From Amoebophrya sp. A120 (lineage: Eukaryota; Protista; Dinoflagellata): 64,000 nucleotides of DNA. Of this stretch, positions 52,947 to 64,000 are shown piece by piece (position 1 is the first letter of the stretch; each line of letters opens with the position of its first letter). The DNA lies in assembly GCA_905178155.1 (NCBI GenBank), contig CAJINV010000025.1, forward strand, positions 256,717-320,716. Reading direction: 5' to 3'. The notes below the pieces were generated by a model, which was given only the letters and a program-made list of their open reading frames with translations, was not told the DNA's origin and made no database searches. A program made the position numbers and the translations under genes.

Positions 52947-55836
52947 ATGATGGTGGGACAACTACTTGCGACGCGAGGAGATGAAAAGTCTGCTGCGCCC
53001 CCTCTCGGTTGTACTGGCAGCTCTGCTTGTTGTACTGTGCGTGGCGGTTTCCATGTTCATCCGGTGTTGAAGAAGATCACTCTTGGCCCGCTTCTTCTCG
53101 GGTGCGCGCTCTTCTACTTCGTCAACGGGGCCGCGGCGGCGCAGTCGACATCGACGCAATCGTCCTCCGGTTTCCATGTTCATCCGGTGTTCAAGAAGAT
53201 CACTCTTGTATCCTGAGTAAAAAGGTACCCACACCAGAGTCAGGATGGAGATTTTGCAACACAAACCTAGGAGTTTTGTGAGTCACGCATGACAAGTTGC
53301 ACTCTGCAGTGTAGTGCAGGTTAGCAAGTGCAGCCGCGTCACAGATTCATCTGTTCATCCTGTTCACAGCATCACAAATTCCAAAACACGATTGGAAATG
53401 GCTCTCATGCGGATGCGCATTACAAGTCTTCCTGTCTTTGCAAATCTGCATTACAACTCTGGTGTGGGTACGTTTTTACTCAGGACATCTTGGCCCGCTT
53501 CTTCTCGGGTGCGCGCTCTTCTACTTCGTCAACGGGGCCGATCGTCCTCGGCGCCGTTCGTCCTCGGCGCGCGCCGTTATCAATTGTAAAAATGTCTGGG
53601 TCTGGAAGATTCTAAACTTGTGATGCTGTCTCTGGATTCTAAAAAAATTTGCATTGCATGACCGGCAACAGAACTCCATTTTGTGCTACCCGGAGAGGGC
53701 ATTTCTCATGCGGTAGAGGCATCACAAAGGCCTTTGAAAATCTGTCATGCTAGAGCATGCATCACAGACATCATGAGTCTTCCAAAATATGCATGACAAA
53801 CCTGGCAAGCTTCCAGACCCAGACATTTTTACATTTGATAGCCGTTCGTCCTCGACTACGCGCAGCGCAGTCGACACTAGCGCGTCGATCGTCCTCGGCA
53901 CCGGCCTATGAAATGCCAATATGTCTGGGTCTGGAAGGGTTGGAATTTGAGATGCTTTCTCTCATCTGCTCTCAACGGCCACTACACAAAGATCTGCTAT
54001 AAATAGAATATGCATGAACAGCAAATGCAAAACCTGTCCACTTTTGGCCACCGGGACAGAGGATTTCTCATGCAGAATAGGCATTGCAAAGCCGTCGCAG
54101 AAGAAGAAGAAGAACCTCTGTTGTAGTGCCGGGCCCGAGAATGATCCAGAGGACCTGCTTCTGGGCGGCCATACAAAACCTGCATGACTACATTTTCCAG
54201 ACCCAGGCATATTTTTGGATTTGATAAGGCCACTCGAAGTACTAGCTCTGCTGGCGTGGTCGTCCCGACGGCGGGCGGCGGGCGTGCTTCCAAAAGGTGG
54301 AGCATCGGAAGAAATACTACTAGCCGCGTGGCACCTTTTTTACCGCCCCGCGACCTCGCGCAGTGGTCAGTGGTTGCACAGGATATCCACCAAGTCGCGA
54401 AGCCGAGGCTTGCATGGCTGCAGAAAATTCAGCAAAACGCGGACCCAGAATGGACCATGGACGAGAAGCGCCGCGGGGAGCCCTTTCCCCCGAGCCTGGA
54501 ATTTCTGAAGACCGCGATCAAGCTCTGGACCAATGCGGAATACGACACTTCGCACGAGCAGCGCAAAGCGATTGTGGCGAAATATGGCGAGCCAGACACG
54601 TGGAACGTCGCAGACGCGTTGGGCGCACGGGACGAAAGCGGGCGGCTCCGATTTCGTTTTGATTTTTGCAGCAATACCCCTCCAGCAGGGCAAGACTTAC
54701 CTATGTCGTGGGGACTCTGCTTTCATTCCTCGTTCAGCGTCACAAACTGGCGAGTGACCGGCGTGGAAAGCTTGGAAAGCATGTTCGAAGGCATGCGCGG
54801 CCTTTCCTTTCCGCTCTTCTGGGATGTATCTCGGGTTACAAACATGTACGCGATGTTTCGAAGCAGCGACTTTAGCCAGGATCTCAACAGCTGGGACGTG
54901 AGTGCTGTTACAACCATGTCTTCTATGTTCAGTCACGCCTGGAGCTTCAACGGTGATCTCAGCAGATGGGACGTGAGTGCTGTTACAGACATGTCTTATA
55001 TGTTCAATGGTGCCTCGACCTTCAACGGGGACCTGAGCGGATGGGACGTAAGGGCTGTTACAAACATGGACTCTATGTTCTACGGCGCCTCGAATTTCAA
55101 CGGCGGGGACCTGCGCGGATGGAACGTGAGTTCTGTTAGAAACATGAGCGCTATGTTCCGTGACGCCTCGAACTTCAGCGGGGATCTCAGCAGATGGGTC
55201 GTGAGTGCTGTTATGTACATGGAGTCTATGTTCCTTCGCGCCTCGACCTTCAACGGGGACCTGAGCGGATGGGACGTGAGTGCTGTTACAGACATGAATT
55301 GTATGTTCCGTGACGCCTCGAGCTTCAATGGGGATCTCAGCAGATGGGTCGTGACTGCTGTCACAACCATGCACTCGATGTTCCGTGGCGCCTCGACCTT
55401 CAGCGGGGACCTGAGCGGATGGGACGTGAGTGCTGTTAGACACATGAGTAACATGTTCCACAACGCCTCCAGCTTCAACGGGGACCTGAGCGGATGGGAA
55501 GTGGGTGCTGTCCAAGATATGAGCGAGATGTTTTTCGAAGCGACCACGTTTAACCAACCCATTGGCGCATGGGGAGAAAAGATTTGGCGTGGGATGGCAA
55601 GGACTCGCGTGCGCCAAGTTCTATTGGTTGGGATGTTCGGCGCGTATGTAGGAGGCCGTGGAACTGCGTTCAACCAGAGCCTGAGAGGCTTCGAACCGTT
55701 GATGCTTTCGGGCGCGACGAGATTTGAGTTTGACCGCATGCTTTCGGGCGCGACGAGCTTCAACTGGGATGCAAACTTCAGCCAAGAGCTTTTAGCACAG
55801 CGGAAGGTAGTGAAGAAGCTACTCGGGCACCGATAA
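52947..55836 (+). CDS. DUF285/BspA repeat protein, copy 3, with duplicated signal-peptide module; 3 introners
   Basis: Homologous to 36060-37921; frame continuous after removing 53209-53487, 53578-53840, 53907-54226. Confidence 0.87.
53209..53487. mobile_element. Introner, family F
   Basis: TSD TCTTG; empty site in the duplicated leader at about 53081. Confidence 0.9.
53578..53840. mobile_element. Introner, family A
   Basis: TSD GCCGT; empty site in copy 1 at about 36258. Confidence 0.9.
53907..54226. mobile_element. Introner, family A
   Basis: TSD CGGCC/AGGCC. Confidence 0.9.
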
Positions 55837-56823
55837 ACGTCTAAAGATGCCCGCTTTTCTTGTCTCCTCTCGCTTCAAAGCAGCGCGATCTATCATGATG
55901 TCCTCTAGTTTTTATGTAGATCGACTCTGCTAGCTTTCCTTATGTTGTATGTACTATATAAAAGTATATTCGAAGATTAAGAGGTTGACGAGGAGGGGGA
56001 GAGGATGACGATGTGAAGAAAGAAAAATTTGTTCGAACTACACCAAAACACAATGCTGACGCAAGACAAACACAAATTTGCTTTTTACGTTTGTGTATGA
56101 TTTATAAAATTTTAGTACGACATCCTGCAAAACGAAAAATCTTTGCTCTGCCATCGACCAACATAGGGACAGATGACTTCCGGCGCTCAAAGCAGCTCCC
56201 GGTAGGTGGCCAGGGACTCGCAACGAGTCCGCTGAACCGGTCCGAATGCTCTCAGCAATGTCTATGGCATCAGAAAAACAACAAAAATTGCAAAAATAAC
56301 GTCGCGGCCTTTCCTTGCGCTCGTGCGTGTGTTCTGCTGAAGATTTCCACACGCCGTTCGTGTAGTTGAGATGAGAGATGAACCAGTCAACAAGATAAAG
56401 AAAAATCACAGACAGGATCGAGAAAGTATAAAGCTGTTGTGCGCAGCGACAAACGCAATGATCAAACTGAATAGCAAGAGTCCGAAAACAAAAGCGCGCA
56501 AGAGTACAACTATGACGGGGGACCCTTCTGGGCCCCTCGTGAAGATCCGAGCTTTTCACTTCAGTCCGTCGCTTTTTTTTTCCCTCCAGTCTTGCCTTCT
56601 ATTCTTCTTGGCTGATGATGACACAACTCCGATAAAAGATGAAGGAAGCCCAAGGGGGGAACGGGTGGCCCTTGTTTTTTCATTTGATGCATTGTTAGAG
56701 ATAGAGTAGAGTCATACTTCTAAATATGATCCCTGTTCAAAATTTAAACAGGTTCTTTTACGTGCTGCCGGTCGAAGGTATTGATGAGTAGCCACAGCCA
56801 GTAGAACTACTTTTTCTATAACC

Positions 56824-59800
56824 ATGACAACGATCATGAAGAAAGACCCCGCCCTCGAGGAAGAGGTCCGAGCGCGGACTTCCACCTTGCTCGCTCGACT
56901 CAAGTCCGCACAGGCGGCGGCGGCTGCTGCGGCCACCGGCCCATCAAGTTCTGCTTTTGATGCTTTCGCATCGGCAACCGCCTTTCTCTCTGCGACAGTG
57001 GGCCGCGCGGTTACAAGTGCAGCTACATCCTCGACGTCCACTACCACTTATGAAATGCAAATATGTTGCCCGGGTCTGGAAGAATCCAAACTTGTCACGA
57101 TGCAAAATTTCCGTGCTCCATGAGGTCTGGTAGATGCAGGTGGTGGACCTAGCATGGCTACAGATTTTGCGAGGTGGTCTCCATCATGCCTATCCTGCGT
57201 GAGGAACTCCTTCACGCAAGACAGATTTTTGCATGATCCAGACTTAGCATGACAAGTCTTGCACTCTTCCAGACACGTTTGCCATGCATACCACTAGTAC
57301 AGCAGCTCTGTCTACAGCCACTCCTGCGAGCATTCTTTACGCCGGAGCTGCTGCACGACCCGCAGCGACGCCAGCACCGCTTCAGCAGCAAAACCTGAAA
57401 AATCTCCTCCAGACCGCCGACTTCGCGAGGCTACTGGACAGCAATTACACACTGAACGAAGAGCTTCTTCAGGAAGCGGATCAACAGCTGCACTCCGGGA
57501 TCCAAGCAGACCACAACCTGGTTGCCAACTATGACTGGCGGTTGCTTAGCGAAACGAGGAACAGACAACTAGTTTCCGCATATGGGCAGGTGCACGCGCT
57601 GAAGTCGAAAGACTTAGACATCGTGAACATCTCCGTTCTGCAGCAGAAGTTATCAAATGTAAAAATGTCTGGGTCTGGAAGAATGCAAACTTGTGATGCT
57701 GCATTTGGATTCCAAAAAAATCTGTATTGCGTAAGCAGCAAAGGGAATGCAGTTTTGTCTACGCGGAGGGGGCATTTGTCATGCGGAATAGGCATCGCGA
57801 AGCCCTCAAAAAGTCTGTGATGCTAGTGCATGCATCACAGACATCATGGCCCATGCAAAACGTGCATGACAAGTCTCAGAAATTTCCAGACCCAGACATT
57901 TTTACACTTGATAGAAGTACAACGTTTACCAAATGGAGCAGCTGGGCAGTCGAACGGGAACGAGCTCCCCTGCGTCTTCCTCGTTCTCCAGTCGTGCACA
58001 CCAGGCCGCGGGGCAACTACGCGACGCCAACAAAGCTTGGGAACAAAAAGACAACGCAGACTTGGACTTGCTGAAAACCTACCTGAGCCACGCCATCGTG
58101 GTCTTAGAGGGCTGTCTCAAGTTCCAAGACCAGTGTCTCTACGTATCTAGGAAGCTGATGCCCCTAGTGTTGCGCGACTGCGACGTGCCCGGTGTTGATG
58201 TCGTGGACCACTTCGGCAGTAAAAACTTTGGAAGAGGAGGGAGCACAGTCGCAGGCACAAGCGCAGCTTTCCAACATGACCGTCAACACTTCGCAGAAGA
58301 CGGGCTGGAATCATCGACGCAAGGAGCTAGCAGCGGCATCAACACCAGTTCTCACGGTCCACTGCTTACTACAACTTCCGGGCTTGTTGAGAAGACTGGA
58401 GCGTCGACGAAAAGTCTGACTGAGCAGCAGATCGCAGCCGTTTGCCAAAGCAACGACGCGGTCCTGGAAGGCGCTTTTTTTGACACCCCGGCGAGCAATA
58501 CCGATGCCCTCGAGAAGGGTTTGGATGCGAACTATCGCCTGCTGTTAGACCTTATCAAATGTAAAAATGTCTGGGTCTGGAAGGGTTGGAACTTGTGATG
58601 CAAACTCTGGAACACACAAAAACTTGTGTTGCATGAGCGCCAAAAGCTGTCCATTTCTTGGCACGCAAGTAGGAAGTTTCTCATGCGGGACAGGCATCAT
58701 GACGCTTGCTCAAAACCTGTGATGCTTTTGCCTGCATCAGACGCCATTTGCGTGATCCTGCAAACATGCATGACTAATCTCACAATCTTCCAGACCCAGA
58801 CATTTTTACATTTAATAGACCTGCTGGGTCTCGTGAAGATCGACAAGCAGCTGGCGCAACAAGACGAAAACGAAATTATGCCCGCTGGTGAAGAAATAAA
58901 AGATGAAAAGGATCTACTTTTTGCACTAGACCAGGCACCATCTTCCCCGGCACGGCGAAAATCCCTGCTCGCTCAACAGCTAGACGCCCTGCAGGCACAG
59001 ACACTGCTGATCAAGCTTATGACCTGCTCAAACGTTACAATCTCAAACGTTACAATCGAGTCTGGGATTTGTCTTGCATGATGAGCGTGACAGACTCGCA
59101 GAGCGTTTCACTTTCTGCAATACAAATTTCGCCAGATTATAGTGCGGTTTGGAGCTCCGAAACTTGTCATGCGCAATCCTGTGGGAAGAGGCTAGATCAT
59201 GCGCTCTTGCATCACAGATCTCCATATTCTATTGTAACGTTTGAGATTGTAACACCTGAGCAGGTTATAAAGCTGAAGTTGCTGGAAGGGGAAATATTGA
59301 CAGCTGATGCATCTTTATCCTGTGCAAAACTATCGCACTCGTATTGCAATCATGCATTACAAATCTTGTTTCCAAGGCATATCTGCATATACAAATTTCA
59401 TTTCTCATGCTGAGGAAATAATTTGTAATGCATTTACACGACGAGTGCGATGCTTTTGCACTGCATAATCTTCCAGTGCCACTCGTGCCGCTCCTAAAAG
59501 TGATCTTCCTGACGTCGCTCCTTCATCTGCAAACAGTACTACAAAAAGAATGCCGGCGGTCCTCGCCGACCACAGCGATTTTTACCAGGTTCTTGACGCT
59601 GGCCACGTGGCTCTGGCCGACACAGTGACTATCAAATGCAAAAGTGTCTGGGTCTGGAAGGATGCAACTTGTGATGCTACCTTTGGACTCTACATAAAAT
59701 CTGTATTGCATGAACAGCAAAAGAGGTGTAATGCTACGCGGAGAAAGTTTTTCTCATGCGGTATGAGCATCAGAAAGCTCTCGCAAAATCTCTGATGCTA

Positions 59801-62800
59801 GGGCATGTATCACAGACCTCATGGGTCAAGGTCATGCGAAATCTGCATGACAAACTCCTGCATTCTTCCAGACCCAGACACTTTTGCAATCCATAGTGGC
59901 AGAGGAGTTCAAAATCCTGTGGAGCGAGTGGCGAGAAAAACGGCTATCAAATGCAAAAATGTCTGGGTCTGGAAGAACGCAGCTTGTGATGCTGCATTTG
60001 GATTCCAAAAAAATCTGTATTGCATGAGCAGCAAAGGGAACGCATTTTTTGCTACGCGGAGAGGGCATTTGTCATGCCGAATAGGCATCCAGAAGCCCTC
60101 AAAAAATCTGTGATGCTAGGGCATGCATCACAGACATCATGTCTCATGCGACACGTGCATGACAAGTCTCAGAATCTTCCAGGAGACCCAGGCATTTTTA
60201 CAGTTAATAACGGCAGCGCAGATACGAATCAGAGCGGGTGTTTCTTCAGGAAACCGAAGTGGTAGGGATACAGAAGTGGCATAGTTATGCAGGACAAGTA
60301 CAAGAACCTTTACCTTCTCCTTCGCCGATGTTGCTGGCGGCCGGCTCCTCGTCCTCCGCCGCGGACCGGCAAGTTCCGGAGCAGACAAAGCTGATCTGTT
60401 ATCCAATGCAAATATCCCTGGATCCCTGGATAAGGTTGTAACTTGTGATGCTGTCTTCGGATTCGAAAAAAATCTGTATTGCATGAGGAGCTGCAACAGG
60501 AGTCCAGTTTATTGCTGTACACGGACAGGGCATTATTTCTCATGCAGAAAAGGCATCAGGAATCCCTCTAAAAATCTGTGATGCTAGGCTATGCATTACA
60601 GGCATCATGGGCCATGCAAAACATGCATGACAAACCTGGAAACCATCCAGACCCAGACATATTTGCATTTGATATCTGTGGGCTCTTACTCAGAGCGAAC
60701 AGCCTGTACGCCGAGTTCGCCGTGGCAGTTTATGAACTGCAAAAGTATCGCACTCGTATTGCAATCATGCATTACAAATCTTGTTCTTAAGGTATCGCAG
60801 CATTACAAATTTCATTTGTAATGCTGAGCGAATTTGTAATGCGATTTATAGATACTAGTACGATGCTTTTGCACTGCATACAGTGTTGCCAGAGCTGATT
60901 GCCCCCGCCCTCTCGAGCAGCGGTGCAGCGGACAGCCCCTCCATCGAAAAAATTACTTCGCAGCTTGGTGCAACATCCCGTGATCATGTAGTAGGCGACG
61001 TGGCAGATAAAAAGATGACAACGACCGCAGCAGGAGTTGTACCCACAGGGGCCGCTGCCGTCAACAGCGCGGAAAGTTGTGCAACTAGGTCTTACTTTGA
61101 CCAGGAGATGCGGCCGCGAACCGCCGAGGCCAGGTCGTTCGCGGAAAACCGGTTTACCAACCGGGTGAAGCTTCTAAGTTACAATCTCCAATTTCGCCCG
61201 CCCTTGCCGCCCTCCTTTCCGGAGTTTCAGGAATTCCTTTCCACTACGGCGAAAACGACGTCGACTGTGGTAAGCACGTCGACGGAACCGGCTAGAAGAC
61301 GTGAAAATGAAAATGCCGCCAGCACCGGCCGTGCTGTTGGTGCGGCTGGTAGATCGTCGACCACATCGAGCCTTACTTCTGGTCCACCGCAGCACAGCAT
61401 GTCGTCCACTGCATTTTGGGAAGGCGAAGCTGCAAAAGACGAGCGGCTGAAAAGACTCCTGGCACCCGGAGAGGAGGTACCAAATGCAAAAATGTCTGGA
61501 TCTGGAAGGATGCAACTACTTGTAGTGCTATTTTTGGATTCTAAAAAAATTCTGTGTTGCATGACAGGCAACAGGAGTCCAGTTTTTGTCACGTGGAGAG
61601 GGCATTTCTCATGCAGGATATGCATCAAGAAGCACTCAGAAAATCTGTGATGGTAGGGCATACATCACAGCCGTCATGGGTCATGTCAGGCGTGCATGAC
61701 AAGTCTTCCAATCTTCCAGACCCAGACATTTTTGCATTTGATAGGAGGTGCCGGTTGGAGCCGAGGAAAATGGAAATCAAAATCGGAATGATTTGACGCA
61801 CACAAGAACTACCGTCAGCACTGCCACTGGCCCTCCTGGAACATCAAGCGATGTATTCTTGAAAACAGAACATCAAACCGACGGCGCGCGAACCTGCATT
61901 TTCGGCGGAAAATTCGATTTCCTTTGTCTGCTATGAATTGCAAATATGTCTGGGTCTGGAAGAATGGATGTTTGTCATGCTTGTCTGGCATGACTCTTGA
62001 ATCTGTCATGCACGTTACCCAAGCGCTCCATTTTTCTGTCATGCAGGAACGCAGTTTGTCATGCAGAATAGGCAACACCTAGAAGCTCAGAAACTTGTCA
62101 TGCTGGGCCAGCACTTGTGGCCTCATCATGGTACGCCACCCAGCATCACAAGTTTCCAGACCCAGACATTTTTGCATTTGATATCTGCAGGAGGTCTACG
62201 ATTCGTATTCAGACCGAAGGACTATCACATGCAAAAATGTCTTGGCCTGGAAGAGTGGAACTTGTAATGCTGTCTGCGGATTCTAAAGATATCTGTGTTG
62301 CATGAGCAGCAAGAGGAGTCAGTTCTTGGCACGCGTTGAGGGCATTTGTCATGCGTAATTAGCATCAAGTAGCTCTCAAAAAATCTGCGATGCTAGCACC
62401 AGCATCTCAGACCTGACGGGTCATGCAAAATGTGCATGACAAGCCCCGACTCTTCCAGACCCAGACACTTTTGCAGTTGATAAGGACGAAAATTGTGCAA
62501 CAGTTTCTCGCCGACAAGAAGCGGCTGGTCGGGCTCAAGGGTCCTCAACACGCAGGTCGTTTTCATCCTGATGAAAGGAGCGACGACGGACGAGGGGGAA
62601 CAAACCAACAAGACGAGGAGTTTGCGTTGTCGCGCCGGCAGCACTTGCAAAACCAGCAGCAGGCGCCGGCGTTTCTGCCAGAGAACCACCCGGCAGGACG
62701 ACGGGGTCCACGTCCCGCCAGCACGTTGATGCCCAGCACCGCCTCCGCGTTACTATCTCGCAGTACAATCGTGGCGCGCAGACGAGCTGAAATTTTGCGC

Positions 62801-64000
62801 GCCTCCCACCTGGCTGCGGTCACCCACAGCCCGCAACCGTATGATCATTTCGGGTCCTCTACTTCGGAAGCTGCTGCGCAAGAGGACGAAGATCATCATG
62901 TTTTTCCACTTTTTGAAGACGTTGATGACCAGGACACAGCGGCTAGGGGACCTACTACTACGTCGAGTAGAAGCAACGCAATAAACTACCACACCGGAAC
63001 TGCGGAAGATGATCACTCATCGCTGCAAGAAGATCTCCACGTGTTCGCCTCCTCCACCCTGACATCCAACGCGGTCCTGACGAATGGCTACGCCCTCGAT
63101 GCGGGGCTGTTGCTTTTCTATTCAAAAAAAAATGACTGTACGTCTGGTAGGTCAACTTCATTTTTGGCCGAAAAGCATGAAAGACAAATCTTTCGGGTGT
63201 AGTACATAGCAAAAAAAAGAAAAACAACTTTTCGTGGGCTGATAGCGCGATGTGAAGACACGAGCGACGTTTTCGGCCACACGATACTAGCCGCCATGAT
63301 GCATGTTCTGCACGACAAGTGTTGTCACTGCCGTACTTCGTCCTCTGCAACTACACACAGTTACACTAACAATTTTTTTTGGTTGCATATTTGATCGAAG
63401 TACCCGATTGTGGACAGGGAGGAGCTGCAGTTTGAGACGTTGGGGCGCGGCTGGGACAAGTTTATCTGCTTTGGCGCACTTTACGCAAAAATCAGGATTC
63501 CAAGGCTGTCTTCGGCGAAGCAGGACCACGGGACTTCTGCGGACGAAGGCAAGAATAGAAGTTACCAGCAGGAGGAGCAGCAGTGGCCCTGTGATGAAGT
63601 ACAACAACAACAATCGACTTTATTGTCAATAAGCACGACTTGCGAATACGTGCACCTGATCACGACCCGGCTGCAGCCTGAGTATGACGAACATTCCCAG
63701 GCGGCGCGACACGATCAAATCTTGGAGCTCGTCGAGTTTGTGCTCAGGCTCGCAAAAAAGAGAACAGGAGGAGAGCAGGAAAGAGGTAGTTCTTCTACTT
63801 CTTTTTTCCAGTGGCCGCTGATTCTGACCGGGGATTTTAACTGTCGGTCCGAGCTGGAGTGGGAGCGGGACTTGCTGCCTTTGTTGCAAAAGTACTTGGC
63901 AAGTCCTCGTCCGCACGAAGTATGTACTATGTGGGAAACGATACACGATCTGTCATCTTCCGGCAGCACAACAAATCAGCTGGAGCGAGATGCGCGGGCA
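56824..64000 (+). CDS. Large protein with C-terminal EEP (endonuclease/exonuclease/phosphatase; neutral sphingomyelinase-like) domain, 3' partial; 13 introners
   Basis: Spliced motifs VKLLSYNLQFRP, FDFLCLQEVYD, DAGLLLFSKYPIV..F..GWDKFICFGALYAKI, HLITTRLQ, ARHDQILEL, PLILTGDFN; one frame from 56824. Confidence 0.82.
57049..57290. mobile_element. Introner, family A
   Basis: TSD CCACT. Confidence 0.87.
57651..57913. mobile_element. Introner, family A
   Basis: TSD GAAGT. Confidence 0.9.
58553..58817. mobile_element. Introner, family A
   Basis: TSD GACCT. Confidence 0.9.
59018..59269. mobile_element. Introner, family H
   Basis: TSD AAGCT. Confidence 0.9.
59316..59467. mobile_element. Introner, family B
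   Basis: TSD ATCTT. Confidence 0.9.
59630..59895. mobile_element. Introner, family A
   Basis: TSD GTGAC/GTGGC. Confidence 0.88.
59945..60209. mobile_element. Introner, family A
   Basis: TSD ACGGC. Confidence 0.9.
60400..60674. mobile_element. Introner, family A
   Basis: TSD TCTGT. Confidence 0.9.
60731..60880. mobile_element. Introner, family B
   Basis: TSD CAGTT/CAGTG. Confidence 0.9.
61478..61743. mobile_element. Introner, family A
   Basis: TSD GGAGG. Confidence 0.9.
61932..62183. mobile_element. Introner, family A
   Basis: TSD TCTGC; restores DFLCL|QEV. Confidence 0.9.
62223..62482. mobile_element. Introner, family A
   Basis: TSD AGGAC. Confidence 0.9.
63119..63389. mobile_element. 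Introner, degenerate family D3-like
   Basis: TSD TTTTC/TTTGA; restores GLLLF|SKYPI. Confidence 0.78.

Larger units (their letters stand above)
29383..55900 (+). repeat. Tandem segmental duplication of a [UPP + DUF285] unit: about 29383-38545; about 39010-46398 plus 50118-51965; partial third copy about 52026-55900
   Basis: Shared genes and shared intergenic sequence. Confidence 0.85.

Noticed and set aside
36060-55836. Bacterial contamination suggested by DUF285 repeats
   Set aside because: These genes carry the same introners and share duplicated flanks with the eukaryotic UPP genes
1304-62482. Recurrent peptides such as [20 protein letters not shown] and PDPDIFAFD as a protein family
   Set aside because: They are translations of the family A TIR in different frames
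702-63389. Reading the genes as transposon-killed pseudogenes
   Set aside because: Exons keep open frames and conserved motifs across up to 15 insertions per gene, which implies purifying selection and precise removal
1-64000. Autonomous transposase or reverse transcriptase for the introners; rRNA or tRNA genes
   Set aside because: No DDE, RT or recombinase motifs recognised, including in the expanded elements; no structural RNA recognised

Overview
Eukaryotic genomic DNA, most likely from a syndinian dinoflagellate such as Amoebophrya. That attribution is inferred from the intron type, not proven. The ORF track looks like noise because most genes are cut into short exons by about 87 introner elements. 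These are MITE-like inserts, usually 130-335 bp, from at least 9 terminal-inverted-repeat (TIR) families. Nearly all start TAT and end ATA, are flanked by a 5-bp target-site duplication (TSD), and usually lack GT-AG ends. Removing each element plus one TSD copy by hand restores long reading frames: IFT80 (5' partial), an AI-2E-family transporter, a secreted-looking SAM methyltransferase, two tandem uridine phosphorylases, three DUF285/BspA-repeat genes with a possible F-box, an androglobin/calpain-like fragment, and an EEP/sphingomyelinase-like gene (3' partial). The main points of interest are: introners sit in both orientations; two cases stack at one target site with a zero-length exon; paralogs show empty sites and one site filled by different elements; all families share an internal TGTNATGC motif; and some carry up to 3 kb of palindromic satellite or nested transposon. 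Coordinates were counted by eye (+/- a few bp), and splicing is inferred from reading-frame restoration, not transcripts.
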